The position numbers and the translations under genes were made by a program. DNA of 64,000 nucleotides, taken from contig MU054001.1 of NCBI GenBank assembly GCA_013239625.1, positions 685,884 to 749,883 on the forward strand. Reading direction: 5' to 3'. This document shows, in pieces, positions 61,071-64,000 of the stretch. The first letter of the stretch is position 1. Each line of letters opens with the position of its first letter. The DNA is from Lama guanicoe (lineage: Eukaryota). A model generated the notes under the pieces. That model worked only from the letters and a program-made list of their open reading frames with translations. It was not told the DNA's origin and made no database searches.

Positions 61071-61419
61071 TAAGCTTCATTGTCTCGGTGCCGTGGTGCT
61101 TGTTTAAGCTGTGTGCCTTCTCTTGGCAAGGCTAGACCTCCAGTGTGCAAGGTTACGCTTGCCCTTTTTGGGATGCTGACAGCAAGACCAGGTGGAATGG
61201 GCCTTAAGAGACTAAGTGCTCCCTGGGTCCATGCTGGAATCCTCTGAAAGGTTGGTTGCCATGGACTGGGCATCTGGTACGTTGTAAATACCATCCCTGG
61301 TGTTCTCACATGTCCTGTCTCGTTTGGTAAAATGGCCAGTCTTGGCTTAAATTTCTGGCAACAGGGAGTCCACTACATCATAAGGTTTCTACTAAAAGAC
61401 AAAAGGTTTCTACTCACTG

Positions 61420-61600
61420 CAGAGTCATTAAGACTTTAAACCAACCATGTTTGAATCCCAGCTCTACTGCTGTATGACCCGGGATGAACTCCTTAAACTC
61501 TCTCTGCCTTATTTCTCCATCCATAGAATGTGCATAATAATTGTCCCTGCCGTACAGGGTTTTATGAGGATTAAGTGAGAGAATATTTGTAAAGTTTCTT
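61420..61600 (+). mobile_element. MIR SINE
   Basis: 'gtttgaatcccagctctactgctgtatgacc...cagggttttatgaggattaagtgagagaatatttgtaaag'. Confidence 0.85.
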
Positions 61601-61744
61601 GAAGAGCATCTGCTGGGAAGAAGCCCTACATAAGACTGCGATAAATAGATTCCACTTTTATGAGGAGTCAATGTTAGACAGTTCTTTCTTTTACTGATCT
61701 GAAATCCATATTTGGTCCTCATAGGAGCCAAGCAAGGACCCTGA

Positions 61745-61865
61745 GTTTGGTTAAGTCCTGGATCTGGTGCCCATTATCATCCAGACCATTCCCTAGCCAT
61801 GCTGTCTTGGGAAGTTACTTCTGTTATCTGAGCCTTTCTTTCCTCATCTCTGAAATAGGTCCAGT
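61745..61865 (+). mobile_element. MIR fragment
   Basis: 'ctagccatgctgtcttgggaagttacttc...ctgagcctttctttcctcatctctgaaatagg'. Confidence 0.7.
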
Positions 61866-62233
61866 CACCCCCGTACAGCTTAGTGTGCAGAAACTCATCT
61901 TGAACCCAGTCGTGATGGACCCTCTCTGGGCCAGGCTCATGCTGACCAATATGCTAACTCAGGCTAACTGGTTCTGCATGTCAGGCAGAATCCCAAGGTG
62001 TCACTTCACAAGGATCAGGGTCACTGTCAAGAGGCCTGGAAACTTAAGAACAAGCAGGATGATCTTTCCAAAGCACAAAGCTGATGATGTCTGGCCCCAG
62101 CCTAAATTGCTGTCATGAGTTGTGTCCTCCCTCTCTCCTCCTACCTCTTGTTCCTTCCCACTCTGCCCTCCCAGCCCGACCCTGACCCACGTGCCTTTGC
62201 CTAATTTGCTTCATTTGCAGGTCCTGTCTAGAG

Positions 62234-62505
62234 CAGTGCTTCTCCAATGGGATGATTAAGTGCCCCGGGGCATTTAGCAATGTCTAGAGACATATTGCGT
62301 TGTCACAACTTGGTGAGGGAATATTACTGACATCTAAGGGGTAGAGCCCAGGGATACTGATAAACATCCTACAGTGGTTATGTTTTTCAAAGTCCTTGTA
62401 TTCTAGGGAAACACATCAAAATATTTTCAGGTGCACAGGACAGCCCCTGAACAGCAAAGAATTATGGGACCCAAATGTCAGTAGTGCCAAGGTTGAGAAA
62501 CTCTG
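62234..62505. mobile_element. MER20 hAT-Charlie element carrying a 57-bp foreign insert
   Basis: Ends 'cagtgcttctc' and 'gagaaactctg'; 8-bp near-TSD gtctagag/ggctagat; MER20 motifs 'ttgtcacaact', 'taaacatcctaca', 'cacaggacagcccc'. Confidence 0.9.
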
Positions 62506-62566
62506 GGCTAGATTCTAAGCCTTTCCAGAGAATACTTTCCACTACCCATCCACCCACCTGTGCTAC

Positions 62567-62730
62567 TGTATCAGTCAGGGCAGACTAGGTTATAGTGCAG
62601 TAACATACACTCCCATATCTTAATGGCTTAACTTCACCATATTTATTTCTTACTGATGTTCCATGTGCCCTGCATTCTGGGTAGGGGAATTCAGTCCATA
62701 TTGTCCTGGCTCTGGGACCTCACCCCATCA
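62567..62730 (-). mobile_element. MaLR LTR 3' fragment (MLT1J-like)
   Basis: 'tgtatcagtcagggcagactaggttatagtgcagtaaca...atggcttaa...tttatttctta'. Confidence 0.75.
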
Positions 62731-63369
62731 TAACACCTATCACTCTGTGGTCTGTGGACTATGGGACTCACGTTCATTACTGTGTCCCTAACAGCTAACC
62801 CAGTGCTTGGTGAAGAGTAGAGCTCAGGAGTGACTTTCTGAATGAATGACTGATTGGCCAATTAATTGTCATCGTAGAGGAGAGCCAGAGGGAGAGGATT
62901 CTGAGAACAGGCTGCTCTGTATCTGGCCCAATAAACTGATGCCACCAGGTGATGACAGTCCAGTGCCTCTGTCCTGTCCATTGGCTACACCTACAAGGGC
63001 ATCAGAACTCTGGAATTGATGGGGCAGTCTGTCTCCTCCTTGTACCTGTCCCAATCTACTTCCTCATCTCAGTGTTTCTGTTTCCAAGCTGGCCTCCCTT
63101 CTTTGGTGGACCAGTTCCTTTGTTAGATATGCTCAAACAGTGGATTGATCTGAATCACATCCAGTTCCTCCTACCTCCTACCCCTACCCTGGTGAGAACT
63201 GCTTTCTATGGCAACATTTTCCAAACTTTAGTCACTTACCTAATACTGTCCCAATTTGGGATATATCTTAGTCACACACTCTCTATTATTTAATTAGTAT
63301 TTTCTTTTAACTAAAATCTTATTTTTACCTCAATAAATTTGTTTATAAACAAAACCACATTATTCCTAA

Positions 63370-63441
63370 ATATATATATATATATATAAAGAGAGAGAGA
63401 GATAAATAGGTAGATAGATAGATAGATAGATAGATAGATAT
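63370..63441. repeat. (TA)n(GA)n(GATA)n compound microsatellite
   Basis: Directly visible. Confidence 0.95.
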
Positions 63442-64000
63442 CAACTATTGGTCCCTTTGGGAGATTCTAGGGAACCACTTCAATATTTTGAAAAACTGAT
63501 AAATCAAGCATTTATCCTGTCTTTACTATACGACCCGTGTCTCAGGGTATCCATATAGTTGATGAAGAAAAGTTTTTCTTTGTAGAGGCTTTCTAGCTAA
63601 ATGAAGAAGACATGTTGGAAGTGGAATGTCACTATTTTGCAAGCCCTAATGAATCAATGGATCTAGACCGTGGTCACCAATGATTACTATCATCATAGAA
63701 AGAGAAACAATAGACTTCATATACCTCCTAATGGAAGAACACAATACTATCAATGAAATAACCTTGCAAAAGCGTTGAACTTGAATCTGATCAAGCCTCT
63801 AGACCTAACAACCAATTTATAGGATACACAAGGGACAGAGGAGCATGTTAAATGACTCACAAGATACAATCAACAATCTAGATTGTGGATGACTCTGCAC
63901 AACAGATGACCTGGCTTCTTTAACACAACCTTTCTCCCCTCAAAATTGCAAGTTAGAGAGAGAGGTGGAAGAAAAACCTAAATATTAAAGGAGACTTATA
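63442..64000 (+). mobile_element. L1MC4-like 3' UTR region, continuing beyond the window end
   Basis: 'aatcaagcatttatcctgtc', 'ccctaatgaatcaatggatctag', 'gaacttgaatctgatcaagcctctagacctaacaaccaattta', 'attaaaggagactta'. Confidence 0.8.

Noticed and set aside
1..64000. Repeat orientation bias implying an intron of a plus-strand gene
   Set aside because: L1 and LTR copies occur in both orientations with only a mild minus excess; too few elements to tell intron from intergenic.

Overview
This is mammalian non-coding genomic DNA, most likely camelid. The evidence is one short tRNA-derived SINE of the camelid vic-1 type and several cetartiodactyl-type L1 3' ends; I recognised no Alu, Bov-A/BovB, CHR, PRE-1 or Can-SINE copies. 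I can support no protein-coding exon, RNA gene or processed pseudogene. The listed ORFs are short chance frames or decayed LINE-1 ORF2 fragments. The window is a mosaic of old eutherian repeats (MIR, L2, MLT1/MaLR, LTR16, L1M, MER/Tigger DNA transposons) and a few young, heavily truncated L1 ends with target-site duplications (TSDs). Between them lie about a dozen repeat-free blocks rich in homeodomain, POU, SOX and TCF motifs that look like conserved non-coding elements (CNEs), as in a gene desert or giant intron near a developmental regulator. I cannot identify the locus from sequence alone. I found no convincing previously undescribed biological system. The best leads are the candidate enhancer cluster, a CpG/G4-rich patch near 33 kb, and several odd insertion scars (a SINE TSD with seven same-direction transitions, a 57-bp templated-looking insert in MER20, a possible L1 3' transduction, a duplicated transposon end). 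Repeat subfamily names come from remembered consensus similarity, and boundaries of old repeats are approximate.
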